DNA of 64,000 nucleotides from Vicinamibacteria bacterium (GCA_965199715.1 OZ241322.1:1664001-1728000), one strand, 5' to 3'; shown: positions 37,460 through 47,949, numbered from the stretch's first letter. Notes: generated by a model not told the origin, from the letters alone. A program made the numbers and translations.

Positions 37460-38652
37460 TCGGCGACCGGCAGCAACTCCGGCGGCGCGCCCCGGGGCCA
37501 CGGGACGCGCCGCAGGGCGTCCGCCCACTCGGCGAGCACGTCGTCGACGCCTGACCGCCGCACCCGGATGTAGTCGGCGCCGGCTTGGCCGTGCTTTCCG
37601 GCGCCGTCCCGCGCGTTGCCCCGACGCAGCCGGACCATCGCTTCCAGTTCGGGCGGCGGGTTCTCGGCCAGCGCCCCGGCGAAGGCGGCCTCGGCCTCGG
37701 CCCAGCGCTCCTCGAAGAGGAACGTCTCGCCGAGCCGCAGCCGGCCCAGCCCGGGCGCGGCGAGGTGGAAGTTCCCGAACCCGGCCCGCTGATCCTCGAG
37801 GAACCGCTCGGCGAGCGCCCGCGCCTCCCGGTGCGAGCCCAAAAGGTTCACGAGCGCGACCTCCTCGAGCGCGAAGTCGGGATTGCGGGGGAACTCCCGC
37901 CGCAGGGTCCGCACCCGCCCGAGCGCGTCCTGCTCCATCCCCTCGCGCTGCAGGATCACCGCTTCGCTGAGCATCGCGCCCCAACGGGCGCGGGTCCCCT
38001 TCTCGGCGGTGATGCGCAGGTACTCGAGGCCGCGCTCCCGGTCCCCGCCCCGCCCGGTCACGAAGGCGATCATCCGGAGCACGCCGGGCAGGGTCGCGAG
38101 GCTGTAGTCGTACGCTCCGACCACGGCGTAGGAGTCCCAGAATTCGGGGTCCAGCGCCAGCACCTTCCGGTGATCCCCGACCGCCCCGAGCCCGGTCCGG
38201 AACGCCCGGAAGTACGACCGCTCCACGACCATCGCCCACCCCGACTGGAGCCCGCGGATCGCTCCCCGGTAATAGAGCGCCTCCGTGTCGTCGGGGTCCC
38301 GCTGGAGCAGCCGCTCGACCCGGCGCAGCGCCTCCTCGGTCCCCGCTCGGAAGCGCGCCTCCTCCTCGGGGGCGACCTCGGGCTTGCGCGGCTGGGTCCA
38401 GAACCGGTCGCCCCGATGGGTGGAGCCGCGCATGCTGCCGTTGCGCTGCGCGATCCGGCTCCAGACCGTCGCGGCCCGCGCGTACGGGCCCGAAGGACTC
38501 TCGGGGAACCGCTCCCCGAGGAGTCGGAACGCCTCGTCCGCCTCGGCGAATTCGTAGTCGTAGAGGCGGCGGTCGCCCCGCTCCTCCAGCTCGGCCGGAG
38601 TCTGGCCGGCGGCGAGGAGCGCGAACAGGAGCAGGCGCACGGCGAACCGCAT
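37432..38652 (-). CDS. Secreted TPR protein
   Basis: Signal peptide; helical repeats (ALYYRG, LDPEFWDSY, FPRNP). Confidence 0.75.
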   Translation of the reverse strand: MRFAVRLLLFALLAAGQTPAELEERGDRRLYDYEFAEADEAFRLLGERFPESPSGPYARAATVWSRIAQRNGSMRGSTHRGDRFWTQPRKPEVAPEEEARFRAGTEEALRRVERLLQRDPDDTEALYYRGAIRGLQSGWAMVVERSYFRAFRTGLGAVGDHRKVLALDPEFWDSYAVVGAYDYSLATLPGVLRMIAFVTGRGGDRERGLEYLRITAEKGTRARWGAMLSEAVILQREGMEQDALGRVRTLRREFPRNPDFALEEVALVNLLGSHREARALAERFLEDQRAGFGNFHLAAPGLGRLRLGETFLFEERWAEAEAAFAGALAENPPPELEAMVRLRRGNARDGAGKHGQAGADYIRVRRSGVDDVLAEWADALRRVPWPRGAPPELLPVADQAPPASPE

Positions 38653-38684
38653 TCTGGCGCAGGCTCGCTACACTCGCCGGCCGC

Positions 38685-39245
38685 ATGATCGAAGCACCGT
38701 CCCGGCGCACCCGGTTCGTCGCGTTCCGCGGCCGTTTGCTCGAGCTCGTCGTGGATCGGGTCCAGGAGCCGCTCCTCAACGGCGACCTGGGGCCGGAAGT
38801 CCGGCGCGAGGTCGTACGGCATCCGGGCGCGGTGGTGATCGTCGCGGTGGACGAGTCCGACCGGGTCGTCATGGTGCGCCAGTACCGGTATGCGGTGGAT
38901 CAGGCGCTCCTCGAGCTTCCCGCCGGCACCCGCGAGCCCGGGGAGACTCCCGAGGAGACCGCGGCGCGGGAGCTGCGCGAGGAGACCGGCTACCGAGCCC
39001 GGAAACTGACGCAGCTCGGGACGATATTCAGCGCGCCGGGCTTCTGCGACGAGCAGCTCTCGGTCTTTCTCGCCACCGGCCTCGTCCCGGGCCCGACCGA
39101 CGCCGACGAGGGCGAGGACATCGAGGTCGTCCACCTCCCGCTCGCCGAGGCCGAGTCCATGCTCGTGCGGGGCGCCTTCCTCGACGCCAAGACCGTGGCC
39201 GGGATCGGCCAGCACCTGCTTCGCCGCCGATGCGCCGATTCCTGA
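38685..39245 (+). CDS. NUDIX hydrolase (ADP-ribose pyrophosphatase-like)
   Basis: Nudix box GTREPGETPEETAARELREETG; RQYRY; DAKT. Confidence 0.92.
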   Translation: MIEAPSRRTRFVAFRGRLLELVVDRVQEPLLNGDLGPEVRREVVRHPGAVVIVAVDESDRVVMVRQYRYAVDQALLELPAGTREPGETPEETAARELREETGYRARKLTQLGTIFSAPGFCDEQLSVFLATGLVPGPTDADEGEDIEVVHLPLAEAESMLVRGAFLDAKTVAGIGQHLLRRRCADS

Positions 39246-39718
39246 TCGCGCTCGCGCTGCTGGCGGGGTGCGCCGAGCGGCCGGAGGCCCCGCGCCCGGG
39301 GGAGCCGGCCCCGCCGTTCGAGCTCCCCGACCTCGGCGGCTCGACGCACGCGCTGGAGGACTTCCGGGACCATGTCGTGGTCCTCAACTTCTGGGCCACG
39401 TGGTGCCCGCCCTGCGTCGAGGAGATGCCGTCGCTCCAGCGGCTCGAGGACGCCTTCGCCGATCGCGGCCTGCGGGTCGTCGCGGTTTCGGTGGATGAGC
39501 GCCTCTCCGACGTTCCCGCGTTCGTGGAGGCGCACCGGCTGCGGTTCCTCGTGCTCCACGACTCCGGCAAGCGGGTCTCGCGCCGCTGGAACGTGTTCCA
39601 GTTCCCCGAGACCTGGGTCGTCAAGCGCGACGGCACGCTCGCCTCGCACATCGTCGGCGCCCGCGACTGGGCGGCGCCCCAGTCGCTCGAGGTGTTCTCG
39701 GCGCTGCTCGACGAGTGA
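39230..39718 (+). CDS. TlpA/ResA-like thiol-disulfide oxidoreductase lipoprotein
   Basis: Lipobox LAGC; NFWATWCPPCVEEMP; FPET. Confidence 0.92.
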   Translation: MRRFLIALALLAGCAERPEAPRPGEPAPPFELPDLGGSTHALEDFRDHVVVLNFWATWCPPCVEEMPSLQRLEDAFADRGLRVVAVSVDERLSDVPAFVEAHRLRFLVLHDSGKRVSRRWNVFQFPETWVVKRDGTLASHIVGARDWAAPQSLEVFSALLDE

Positions 39719-39741
39719 CCGCCGGCGCTAGAATCCGCGCC

Positions 39742-40038
39742 GTGAACATCGACGAAGCGAGTCCCTTTCTGCAGGTGAACGCCGTGGCGCAGCGCGCCCG
39801 GGCGCTGATCCGGGGCGAGGCCGCCCGAACCCGGATCGAGTCCCGCCAGCCGACGGCGATCGCGCTCGCCGAGCTGCGCGAGGGCGCGCTCCAGGTCCAG
39901 TCGCCCGAGGAAGCGAAGCAGCTGCTCGCGACCGAGGTCGAGGGCGAGACCGAGGAGGAGCGCGCCGCCACCGAGGCGACCCGGGCAAGCTTCGAGGCGA
40001 TGTGGCCCGACCCGGAGGACGCGCCGGAAGAAGCGTAG
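39742..40038 (+). CDS. rpoZ: RNA polymerase omega subunit
   Basis: SPFLQVNAVAQRARALIRG...PTAIALAELREG with acidic tail. Confidence 0.75.
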   Translation: MNIDEASPFLQVNAVAQRARALIRGEAARTRIESRQPTAIALAELREGALQVQSPEEAKQLLATEVEGETEEERAATEATRASFEAMWPDPEDAPEEA

Positions 40039-40071
40039 GCGCCCGGGTAGGCTTCCCTCCGGGAGGCCCCG

Positions 40072-41385
40072 ATGAGCCGATTCCTTCTCCGCGTCTCCGC
40101 GGCCCTTTTCCTGCTTCTGGTTCCCCTCGAGGCCGACGCCGGCAACGAGGCGCGCATCCGCTGGGAGCGGATGTGCCAGATCCGCGAGGACAAGTTCGAC
40201 CTGATCCTGCCCGAGGCGATGCGCGGGAACGGGATCGACATGTGGATCACGGTGATGAAGGAGGGCTACCGCGACCCGCTGTGGGAGGACCTCGGCCGGG
40301 GGTACGTCGGCAGCACCGGGTACGTCGTCTTCACCGACCGGGGCGGCGACCGCATCGAGCGCGTGGCCATGGGGGTCACCGGCTACAAGATCGAGCGCTG
40401 CGGCGTGTACGACGAGGTCACGGGCCCCGGGGACCTGGCCGCATTCGTCCGGGAGCGGGATCCGCAGCGGATCGGCGTGAACATGTCCCGCAGCATCGGG
40501 GCCGCCGACGGGCTCTCCCACACGAGCTGGCTCCACCTCAGGGAGACGCTCGGCGAGCCGTACGCCGACCGGCTGGTCTCCGCCGAGAAGCTCATCTCGG
40601 AGTTCCGCTCGCGCCGGGTGGCCAGCGAGATCGTGGCATTCGGCGAGGCCGGGGAGATGTCCCGGAACATCGCCGAGCGCGCCTTCTCGAACGAGGTCAT
40701 CACTCCCGGCGTGACCGCGCTCGAGGACGTGGCCTGGTGGATCGAGGAGCGCCTCCTCGAGCGGGGCCTCGACACCTCGTTCGGGCTCCCGTCCATCTAC
40801 ATCACCGGGCCGAACGGAATCGAGGCCACCTCCAACGAGCGGATCATCCAGCGCGGCGACCTGCTGATGATCGACTGGGGCGTCGGCTACCTGAACTTCT
40901 ACACCGACATGAAGCGGATCGCGTACGTGCTGAAGCACGGCGAGGTCGCGGCCCCGCCGGGCATCCAGAACGCCTTCGACCGGGGCCGGGCCGCGAGGGA
41001 CGTGATCCGCCGCACGATCAAGCCCGGCCCGACCGCGGGCGCGATGATGGAGCGTCTCGGCGAGGAGCTCACGAGGGCCGGGTTCCAGATGATCGAGTTC
41101 AACCAGCCCACCGACGACGACACGACCGACATCGTCATCGGCTGCCACTCGGTCGGCAACCTCGGCCACGGGATCGGCCCCTCGATCGCGTGGTTCAACC
41201 CGACCCGGCTGGAATACGAGATCGTCCCGTCCAACATGTTCTCGATCGAGCTCTTCGCCTACACCAAGGCCGACGAGTTCGGCGGGGCCAAGGTGCGCAT
41301 CCCGCTCGAGGACGACGCGATCGTGACCGAGCGCGGCGTCGAGTGGTTCTACCCGGCGAACGACCGAATCCTGCTGATTCGTTGA
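40072..41385 (+). CDS. Secreted M24 family (Xaa-Pro) metallopeptidase
   Basis: Signal peptide; IDWGV, TDMKR, HSVG..GHGIG, SIE, LED metal ligands. Confidence 0.85.
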   Translation: MSRFLLRVSAALFLLLVPLEADAGNEARIRWERMCQIREDKFDLILPEAMRGNGIDMWITVMKEGYRDPLWEDLGRGYVGSTGYVVFTDRGGDRIERVAMGVTGYKIERCGVYDEVTGPGDLAAFVRERDPQRIGVNMSRSIGAADGLSHTSWLHLRETLGEPYADRLVSAEKLISEFRSRRVASEIVAFGEAGEMSRNIAERAFSNEVITPGVTALEDVAWWIEERLLERGLDTSFGLPSIYITGPNGIEATSNERIIQRGDLLMIDWGVGYLNFYTDMKRIAYVLKHGEVAAPPGIQNAFDRGRAARDVIRRTIKPGPTAGAMMERLGEELTRAGFQMIEFNQPTDDDTTDIVIGCHSVGNLGHGIGPSIAWFNPTRLEYEIVPSNMFSIELFAYTKADEFGGAKVRIPLEDDAIVTERGVEWFYPANDRILLIR

Positions 41386-42296
41386 TGTCGGTCCGGGTTC
41401 TCGGCGTCCCGCTGGACCTCGGCGCGGGGCGCCGGGGCGTGGACATGGGGCCGTCCGCGATGCGCAACGCCCGGGTCGTCGAAGCGATCCGGGCGCTCGG
41501 GTTCGACGTGCGCGACGAGGGCGACGTCCCCACGCCGGTGGTCGAGACGCTCGGCGCGCCGGATCCGCGCGCCCGCTGGCTGCCGGAGATCGCCGGCGTG
41601 CTCGACGAGCTCGCCGCCCGGGTCCGCCGCGTGCGGGAGTCGGGGAGCGTTCCGGTGGTGCTCGGCGGCGACCACTCGATCGCGCTCGGCACCGTGTCCG
41701 GGATGACGGACGCGGGCGCCCCCGAGCTCGGCCTCGTATGGGTGGACGCGCACCTCGACGCCCACACCCCGGAGACTTCGCCGAGCGGCAACGTCCACGG
41801 GATGCCGGTCGCGGCGCTGTTCGGCCGGGGAGCGCCCGAGTTCACCCGCGTGGGCGGGCACCCGGAGGGCGCGGCGCGCATCCGCCCCGGGAACGCCGTC
41901 CAGATCGGGATCCGCAGCGTGGACTCCGGCGAGGCCGGCATGCCCGCCGAGCTCGGATTCCGGGTGTTCACGATGGAGGAGGTGGACCGGCGGGGCATGT
42001 ACGCGGTGGCGAAGGACGCGGTCGAGCGGGCGCTCGACGGGACGCGCGGCCTCCATCTCAGCATCGACATGGACGGACTCGATCCGGACGTCGCCCCGGG
42101 CGTGGGCACGCCGGAGGCGGGCGGGCTGACGCTGCGGGAGGCGCACACGCTCATGGAGTGCGTCGCGGCGAGCGGCGGCCTGCGCTCGCTCGAGATCGCC
42201 GAGGTGAACCCGACGCTCGACACGAGGAACCGCACCGCCGAGGTCGCCGTCTCGCTCATCGCCTCCGCCTTCGGGAAGCGCACGCTGAGAGAATGA
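41385..42296 (+). CDS. rocF: Arginase
   Basis: GGDHS, DAHLDAHTPETSPSGNVHGMP, SIDMDGLDP, EVNP. Confidence 0.93.
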   Translation: MSVRVLGVPLDLGAGRRGVDMGPSAMRNARVVEAIRALGFDVRDEGDVPTPVVETLGAPDPRARWLPEIAGVLDELAARVRRVRESGSVPVVLGGDHSIALGTVSGMTDAGAPELGLVWVDAHLDAHTPETSPSGNVHGMPVAALFGRGAPEFTRVGGHPEGAARIRPGNAVQIGIRSVDSGEAGMPAELGFRVFTMEEVDRRGMYAVAKDAVERALDGTRGLHLSIDMDGLDPDVAPGVGTPEAGGLTLREAHTLMECVAASGGLRSLEIAEVNPTLDTRNRTAEVAVSLIASAFGKRTLRE

Positions 42297-44695
42297 GGCC
42301 CATGCGCCTCGCTCTCCTTCTCGCTCTCGTCGCCGCTCCCGCCGCCGCTCCCGCCGCCGCCCAGCTCCGCTCGCAGTCGGACCTCACGGCGGCCGACGCC
42401 GATCCCGGCTTCAGGCTGACGCTCGACCACCTCGGCGGCGGCGGCCGCGTCCTCGGGCTGGCTCCCCGCGACCTCCGCTGGGCGCCCGACGGAAGCGAGG
42501 CCTACTTCCGCTGGCGCGAGGACCCGGCGCCCGGCCAGCTTCCCGACGACGATCCCTGGTTCGCCGTGAGCCGGGACGGCGCGAGCCTCCGCGAGCTCGC
42601 CGAGGACGAGGTCCGCCGCATTCCCGGTTCGGACCGCGTGCGCGCGTCCGACGCTCTGGTCGAGGCGTGGAGCGCGGGCGGCACGCTCTTCGTCTGGACC
42701 CCGGACCGGGGAGTCCGGGCGGTCTTCTCGGTCGCCCGCGACGTCGGCGCGCTGCGGCTTCGGCCCGACGGGAGCGCCGCGCTGTTCGCGACGACGCCGT
42801 CCGACCAGAACGGCGATCTCTGGGAGCACCGGATCGGGACCGGCGTCACGCGCCAAGTGGCCGAAGTGATCGCGGCCGAGGAGAAGGACGCCGACCAAGA
42901 GGCCTGGCTCGAGGAGCAGCAGGTCGAGCTTCTCGACGCGGTCCGGGAGCGGAAGGCGCGCGAGGAGCGGCGCGGCGACCTGCGCCGGACGCGCCGCGAC
43001 CTGCTTCCGCAGGCGATCCCGATCCCGGCGGGCGAGCGGGCGGTGGACCTGCGTCTCTCGCCCGACGGGCGTCACGTCGTCTTCCGGTCGCGGAAGGATC
43101 CGTCGGACCCGAAGCGCACTCGATTCATGGAGTTCGTGAACGAGAGCGGGCAGGCGACCGAGAAGCAGGCCCGCCCCAAGGTGGGCGAGGCGCTTCCGGG
43201 CTGGCGCATGGGGATCGTCGAGGTGGATCCGTCGGTGCGGCCCGAGGACATCGAGATCCGCTGGGTCGAGGACGGGATCGAGAAGGACACGGTCGTCCAC
43301 GGCCCGTGGTGGAGCCCCGACGGAACGCATGCGGCGGTCCAGACGCTCTCCATGGACCACAAGGAGCGCTGGATCTCGCTGCTCACGCTGGAGGACGGAA
43401 CCCTGCGGCACGTCGACCACCAGGTCGAGGAGGCGTGGATCGGCGGCCCGCTGGTCACCGGGCGCTGGTCGCCGGGGACGCTGCTGTGGCTCGACGACAG
43501 CGAGGCGTTCGCGTTCGGGTCCGTGGCGAGCGGCTGGGCGATGCTGCTGCTCGCGAACGTCGAGGGCGAGGTCCAAGCGCTCACCGAGGGCGCGTTCGAG
43601 GTGCGCCGCGCCGAGCTCGCGCCGGGCGGCGACTCCTTTCTCCTGACCACGAGCCTCGAGCATCCCGGCGAGGAGCACCTCTACGCCGTGCCGGTCCGGG
43701 GCGGCGATCTGACCCGGCTGACCCCCGGCGAGGGCATGGACGCCTGGACGGTCTCGCCCGACGGCGGCCGAGTGGCGTGGGTCGGGCAGTCGCTCGACGA
43801 GCTCGGCGACCTCTACCTGATGGACGCCGCGCCGGGGGCCGAGCCGGTCCGGATCACGAAGAGCGGCACCGACGTGTTCTACCGGACGAAGTGGGCCGGG
43901 AGCGAGATTGTCGAGTACGACCTGCCCGACGGGACGACCGCGTGGGCGCGCATCTGGGACGCGCCGGCGAACGCGACTCCGGGCGAGACCCCCGCGGTGG
44001 TCTATGCGCACGGCTGCGGCGAGTGCGCCCAGGCCGTCGTCAAGGGCTGGGCGCGGTCCGGGAGCATCGCCTACGCCAACTACCTGATCCAGAACGGCTT
44101 CGCCGCCGCGTCGGTGGACTACCGGGGCAGCTCCGGCTACGGCCATCGCAACCGCACCTACGCATACCGGCGGATGGGGGTCTCCGACATCGACAGCGCC
44201 CTGCCGCTGCTCGACCTCCTCGTGGAGCGCGGCGTCGCGCGGGAGCGGATCGGCGTGTACGGCGGCTCCTACGGCGGGTTCTTCACGCTGATGTCGCTGT
44301 TCCGGAACCCGGGCGCGTACGCGGCGGGGGTCGCGCTGTATCCGGTCACCGACTGGGTCCACTACAACCAGGGGTATACGAGCCGCATCCTGAACGGCAG
44401 CCAGTTGGACGACGAGGAGGCGTACCGGGTCTCCAGCCCGGTGTACTACGCCGACGGGCTCGAGGACGCGCTCCAGATCCAGCACGGCCTCGTGGACGGC
44501 AACGTCCAGATCCAGGACTCCTTCCGGCTGGCGCAGATCCTCATCGAGAAGCAGAAGGACTTCGACCTCATGGTCTATCCGGTCGAGGACCACGGCTGGG
44601 ACGAGATCCCGACCCGCCGGGACAGCTACCGCCGGATGACCGAGTTCTTCAGGCGGAACCTCCGCGCAGCGCCCGGCCCGGCAGCGACCCAGTGA
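42293..44695 (+). CDS. Secreted S9 family peptidase (DPP IV-like propeller + hydrolase)
   Basis: GGSYGG nucleophile, HGLVDGNV Asp, EDHGW His; DYRGSSGYG. Confidence 0.9.
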   Translation: MRPMRLALLLALVAAPAAAPAAAQLRSQSDLTAADADPGFRLTLDHLGGGGRVLGLAPRDLRWAPDGSEAYFRWREDPAPGQLPDDDPWFAVSRDGASLRELAEDEVRRIPGSDRVRASDALVEAWSAGGTLFVWTPDRGVRAVFSVARDVGALRLRPDGSAALFATTPSDQNGDLWEHRIGTGVTRQVAEVIAAEEKDADQEAWLEEQQVELLDAVRERKAREERRGDLRRTRRDLLPQAIPIPAGERAVDLRLSPDGRHVVFRSRKDPSDPKRTRFMEFVNESGQATEKQARPKVGEALPGWRMGIVEVDPSVRPEDIEIRWVEDGIEKDTVVHGPWWSPDGTHAAVQTLSMDHKERWISLLTLEDGTLRHVDHQVEEAWIGGPLVTGRWSPGTLLWLDDSEAFAFGSVASGWAMLLLANVEGEVQALTEGAFEVRRAELAPGGDSFLLTTSLEHPGEEHLYAVPVRGGDLTRLTPGEGMDAWTVSPDGGRVAWVGQSLDELGDLYLMDAAPGAEPVRITKSGTDVFYRTKWAGSEIVEYDLPDGTTAWARIWDAPANATPGETPAVVYAHGCGECAQAVVKGWARSGSIAYANYLIQNGFAAASVDYRGSSGYGHRNRTYAYRRMGVSDIDSALPLLDLLVERGVARERIGVYGGSYGGFFTLMSLFRNPGAYAAGVALYPVTDWVHYNQGYTSRILNGSQLDDEEAYRVSSPVYYADGLEDALQIQHGLVDGNVQIQDSFRLAQILIEKQKDFDLMVYPVEDHGWDEIPTRRDSYRRMTEFFRRNLRAAPGPAATQ

Positions 44696-46301
44696 ACCGG
44701 CCGTCGATCGTCACTGGCTCGCCGTTCACGAAGGTCGCCCGGACCCCCGTCGCGCGCTGACGGGGCGCTTCCAGCGTCGCCCGGTCGGCGATCCGCTCGG
44801 GGTCGAAGAGCACGAGGTCCGCGGGAAGTCCGCCGGCGATCCGGCCCCGGTCGGGAAGCCCGGCGATGGCCGCCGGGAGCGAGGTCATCCGGCGGATCGC
44901 TTCCTCGAGCGGGAGCAAGCCGGTCTCCCTGACGTAGCGGCGCAGCACCCTCGGGAACGCGCCGCAGGCCGCCGGGTGCGGCGCTCCCTTCCCGTAGTCG
45001 TTCGCGTCGGTGATGAACGCCACGTCGGGGTCGGCGGCGAGCCGGCGAAGGCCGTCCTCCCCGCTGACGTCCATGACGAACTGCCCGACCGCGCCGTCCT
45101 CCTCGAGCATCAGGTCGGAAATGGCCTCGAACGGATCCGGCCCCAGTTCGGCGAGCGAGCGCCCCACCGTCCCCGGACGACCGCTGCCCACGCTGGCGAC
45201 CCGAATTCCGTCCCAGCCGACCGCGGAGACGAGGTTGTGCGGCCAGCCGCCCTCGGTCCACGGCGGCCACTCGGGAACCCGCTCCCGCACGTCCCGGCCG
45301 ATGCGGGCGCGGGTCGCCGGGTCGCGCAGCCGGGCGAGCAGCGCGTCCGGTCCGCCCTCGAGCGCCCACGGCGGATAGATCGCGTACATCATCGTGGCCG
45401 CGACCGGGTACGGGAACATGTCCGCCGAGATCCGCACCCCCTCGCTCCGCGCCGCGCGCTCGCGCTCGAGGAACGCGGCGAGGTTCCTCCAGTGGTCGCG
45501 TCCCACCGCCTCGGCGTGGCTATGGTGGACCCGGACGTCGGCCGCGCGCCCGATCCGGATGAGCTCCTCGACCGCCGGCAGCAGGGTCTCGCTGGAGCCG
45601 CGGACGTGGGCGGTGAAGACCCGGTCGCCGAGCCGTCGGGCGAGGTCGATCAGCTCGTCGGTCGCGCTGAACATGCCCGGCGGGTAGATGAGCCCGCACG
45701 AGAGTCCGAGCGCGCCCTCCTCGAGCGCCTGCTCCAGCGCGCCCGCCATGGCGGCCCGCTCGCCGGCGTCGGGTTCCCCTGGACGCAGCCCCATCGCGCC
45801 CAGCCGCAAGAGGCCGTGCGGGACGAGCGCGGCCACGTTCATCGGCGTTCCGCGAGTCTCGACCCGGGCGAACCAGTCGGCGAGCGAGCGCCAGCGCCAT
45901 TCGGTTCCCGCCGGGGTCATCCAGGCGTGCACCGCCGGAGCGAGGTCCCGCGCCTCGCCGAACAGCGGCGCCGCGCCGAGGCCGCAGTTGCCGACGACCT
46001 CGGTGGTGATCCCCTGCGCGAGCCGCCCGGCGAGGAGCGGGGTCGGGCCGCTCGCGAGCACGAGGTCCCCGTGCGAATGGACGTCCACGAACCCCGGCGC
46101 GGCGACCAGCCCGTCCGCGTCCCATTCCCGGAGCGCCTCGCCCCGGGCGGGGACGAAGCGTCCGTTGCGGATGCCGAGATCGCCCCGGCGGGCCGGGGCG
46201 CCGGTCCCGTCCACGACGAGCGCGTCGCGGATGCGCACGTCCAGCCGGGGCTTGGCGCATCCGGCGAGGAGCAGCGCGCCGAGGGCGTCGCGCCGCCTCA
46301 T
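44649..46301 (-). CDS. N-acyl-D-amino acid deacylase (amidohydrolase) with RR/lipoprotein signal
   Basis: PGFVDVHSH, GNCG, HVR, PHP..CGAFPRVL, MTSLPA; N-terminus MRRRDALGALLLAGC. Confidence 0.88.
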   Translation of the reverse strand: MRRRDALGALLLAGCAKPRLDVRIRDALVVDGTGAPARRGDLGIRNGRFVPARGEALREWDADGLVAAPGFVDVHSHGDLVLASGPTPLLAGRLAQGITTEVVGNCGLGAAPLFGEARDLAPAVHAWMTPAGTEWRWRSLADWFARVETRGTPMNVAALVPHGLLRLGAMGLRPGEPDAGERAAMAGALEQALEEGALGLSCGLIYPPGMFSATDELIDLARRLGDRVFTAHVRGSSETLLPAVEELIRIGRAADVRVHHSHAEAVGRDHWRNLAAFLERERAARSEGVRISADMFPYPVAATMMYAIYPPWALEGGPDALLARLRDPATRARIGRDVRERVPEWPPWTEGGWPHNLVSAVGWDGIRVASVGSGRPGTVGRSLAELGPDPFEAISDLMLEEDGAVGQFVMDVSGEDGLRRLAADPDVAFITDANDYGKGAPHPAACGAFPRVLRRYVRETGLLPLEEAIRRMTSLPAAIAGLPDRGRIAGGLPADLVLFDPERIADRATLEAPRQRATGVRATFVNGEPVTIDGRFTGSLPGRALRGGSA

Positions 46302-46966
46302 CGGTTCGAGACGACCTTGTCGAGCGGCAGCCGCCGGATGTCGGGAACCCGCGCCCCCGGCTTCGGAAATCCCACGACCAGGAGCAGGTAGGCGACCTCG
46401 TTGGCCGGCCGGTCGAGGAGCCGGTTCAGGAACCCCATCGGGCTCGGAGTGTGGGTGAGGGTGGCGAGACCGGCGTTGTGGAGCGCCGCGATCAGGAAGC
46501 CGCAGGCGATCCCGACCGATTCCGAGTGGTAGTAGTTGCGGATCCGGGCGCCGTCCGCTCCGAGCGTGTAGCGCTGCATGAATATGGCGATCAGGACCGG
46601 CGCCTCGACGAGGAACGGCTTGTTCGCGTCGGTGCCGAGCGGCTCGAGCGCCGCGATCCATTCCGGCGGCGCCTTGCCGCCGTAAAACGCCCGCTCTTCC
46701 TCCTCGGCGGCCTCGCGCAGCTTCGCCTTGATCTCCGGATCGCGCACCACGACGAACCGCCACGGCTGGAGGTTTGCGCCGCTCGGGGCGGAGGCCGCCG
46801 TGCGCAGCGCGTCCTCGAGCACCGCCTTGGGCACCGGGCGGGAGTCGAACTCGCGAACGGTGCGGCGGGCGACCATGTGCTCCCGGAACCGGCGCGCCCG
46901 CGCCTCCATCTCCTCCGGCGGGAAGCCGCGAAACCGCAGTTCGGTCGCCTTCCAGGGATCGCTCAA
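46298..46966 (-). CDS. Nitroreductase-fold protein, iodotyrosine deiodinase subgroup
   Basis: RRTVREF, APSGANLQPW, AAEEEERAFY, KPFL, YYHSESVGIA, LTHTP. TTG start overlapping the upstream stop is inferred. Confidence 0.85.
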   Translation of the reverse strand: MSDPWKATELRFRGFPPEEMEARARRFREHMVARRTVREFDSRPVPKAVLEDALRTAASAPSGANLQPWRFVVVRDPEIKAKLREAAEEEERAFYGGKAPPEWIAALEPLGTDANKPFLVEAPVLIAIFMQRYTLGADGARIRNYYHSESVGIACGFLIAALHNAGLATLTHTPSPMGFLNRLLDRPANEVAYLLLVVGFPKPGARVPDIRRLPLDKVVSNR

Positions 46967-47949
46967 CGGTTGCGGGTCAGATGGTCGAGGACGGCCTCCC
47001 CGTGGAAGCGGCCGTTCTCGATGAAGATGCGGTTCGTCCGCAGGCCGGCGACCACGCCGCCCGCGAGGTACAGGCCGGGCACTTCGGTGGCGAAGGTCTC
47101 CGGGTCGGTCACCGGCCTCCGCTCGGGCCCCTCGCTGCGCACGCCGAGCGACTCGAGGAACGGGTAGTCGGGCCGGTAGCCGATGAGTGGGAGGACGAAG
47201 TCGTTGTCCATCTTCCACTGCCGCCCGCCGCCCTCGAGCGTCAGCGAGCCGGGCTCGATCGCGACGACCCGGGTCCCCAGATGCGCCGGGACTTCCTTGC
47301 GGTCGATCCGGTTCTCGATGTCGGGGCGCACCCAGTACTTGAGGTGCGACGACAGCGTCTCGCCCCGGTGGATGAGGGTCACGTCCACCCCGGCGCGGTA
47401 CAGCTCCAGCGTGGTCTCCGCCGCCGAGTTCCCCCCGCCGACCACCGCGACCCGAGATCCGAAGTACGGGTGGGCCTCGACGTAGCGATGGGCGACCTTC
47501 GAAAGGTCCTCGCCGGGGACGCCGAGCCGGTTGGGGTTTTCGAAATAGCCGATCGCGAGGATCAGGTTGCGCGCCCGGATCGGCGGAGGATCGGGAATCC
47601 CGGGCCGCTCGCTGCGCAGCTCCAGCGCGAAGCCGCCGTCCTCGCGGGACGCGCGGGAGACCCGGGTGTACAGACGCGGCTTCAGGCCGAAGCGCTGGAC
47701 GACCTTGCGGTAGTAGATGAGCGCCTCTTGCCGGGTCGGCTTCTCCCGTTGGCAGACCAGCGGAATCTCGCCGATCTCGAGCAGGTCGGGCGTGGTGAAG
47801 AACACCATGTGCACCGGAAAGCGACGGATGCTGTCCACGATGCCGCCCTTGTCGAGCACCTCGTAGGTGAGGCCGCGTCGCTGGCAGCCGATCGCGGCGG
47901 CGAGGCCCGACGGCCCGGCCCCCACGATGGCCACGTCGAGCGGCTTCAC
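46963..47949 (-). CDS. ypdA: YpdA family putative bacillithiol disulfide reductase
   Basis: GAGPSG, MVFFTT, KPTRQEALIYY, GGGNSA, KYWVRPDIENRI, FIENGRFHG. Confidence 0.88.
   Translation of the reverse strand: MKPLDVAIVGAGPSGLAAAIGCQRRGLTYEVLDKGGIVDSIRRFPVHMVFFTTPDLLEIGEIPLVCQREKPTRQEALIYYRKVVQRFGLKPRLYTRVSRASREDGGFALELRSERPGIPDPPPIRARNLILAIGYFENPNRLGVPGEDLSKVAHRYVEAHPYFGSRVAVVGGGNSAAETTLELYRAGVDVTLIHRGETLSSHLKYWVRPDIENRIDRKEVPAHLGTRVVAIEPGSLTLEGGGRQWKMDNDFVLPLIGYRPDYPFLESLGVRSEGPERRPVTDPETFATEVPGLYLAGGVVAGLRTNRIFIENGRFHGEAVLDHLTRNR

Noticed and set aside
42331-42361. 12-bp tandem repeat encoding AAPA in the S9 signal region
   Set aside because: In-frame low-complexity linker; unremarkable at this GC.
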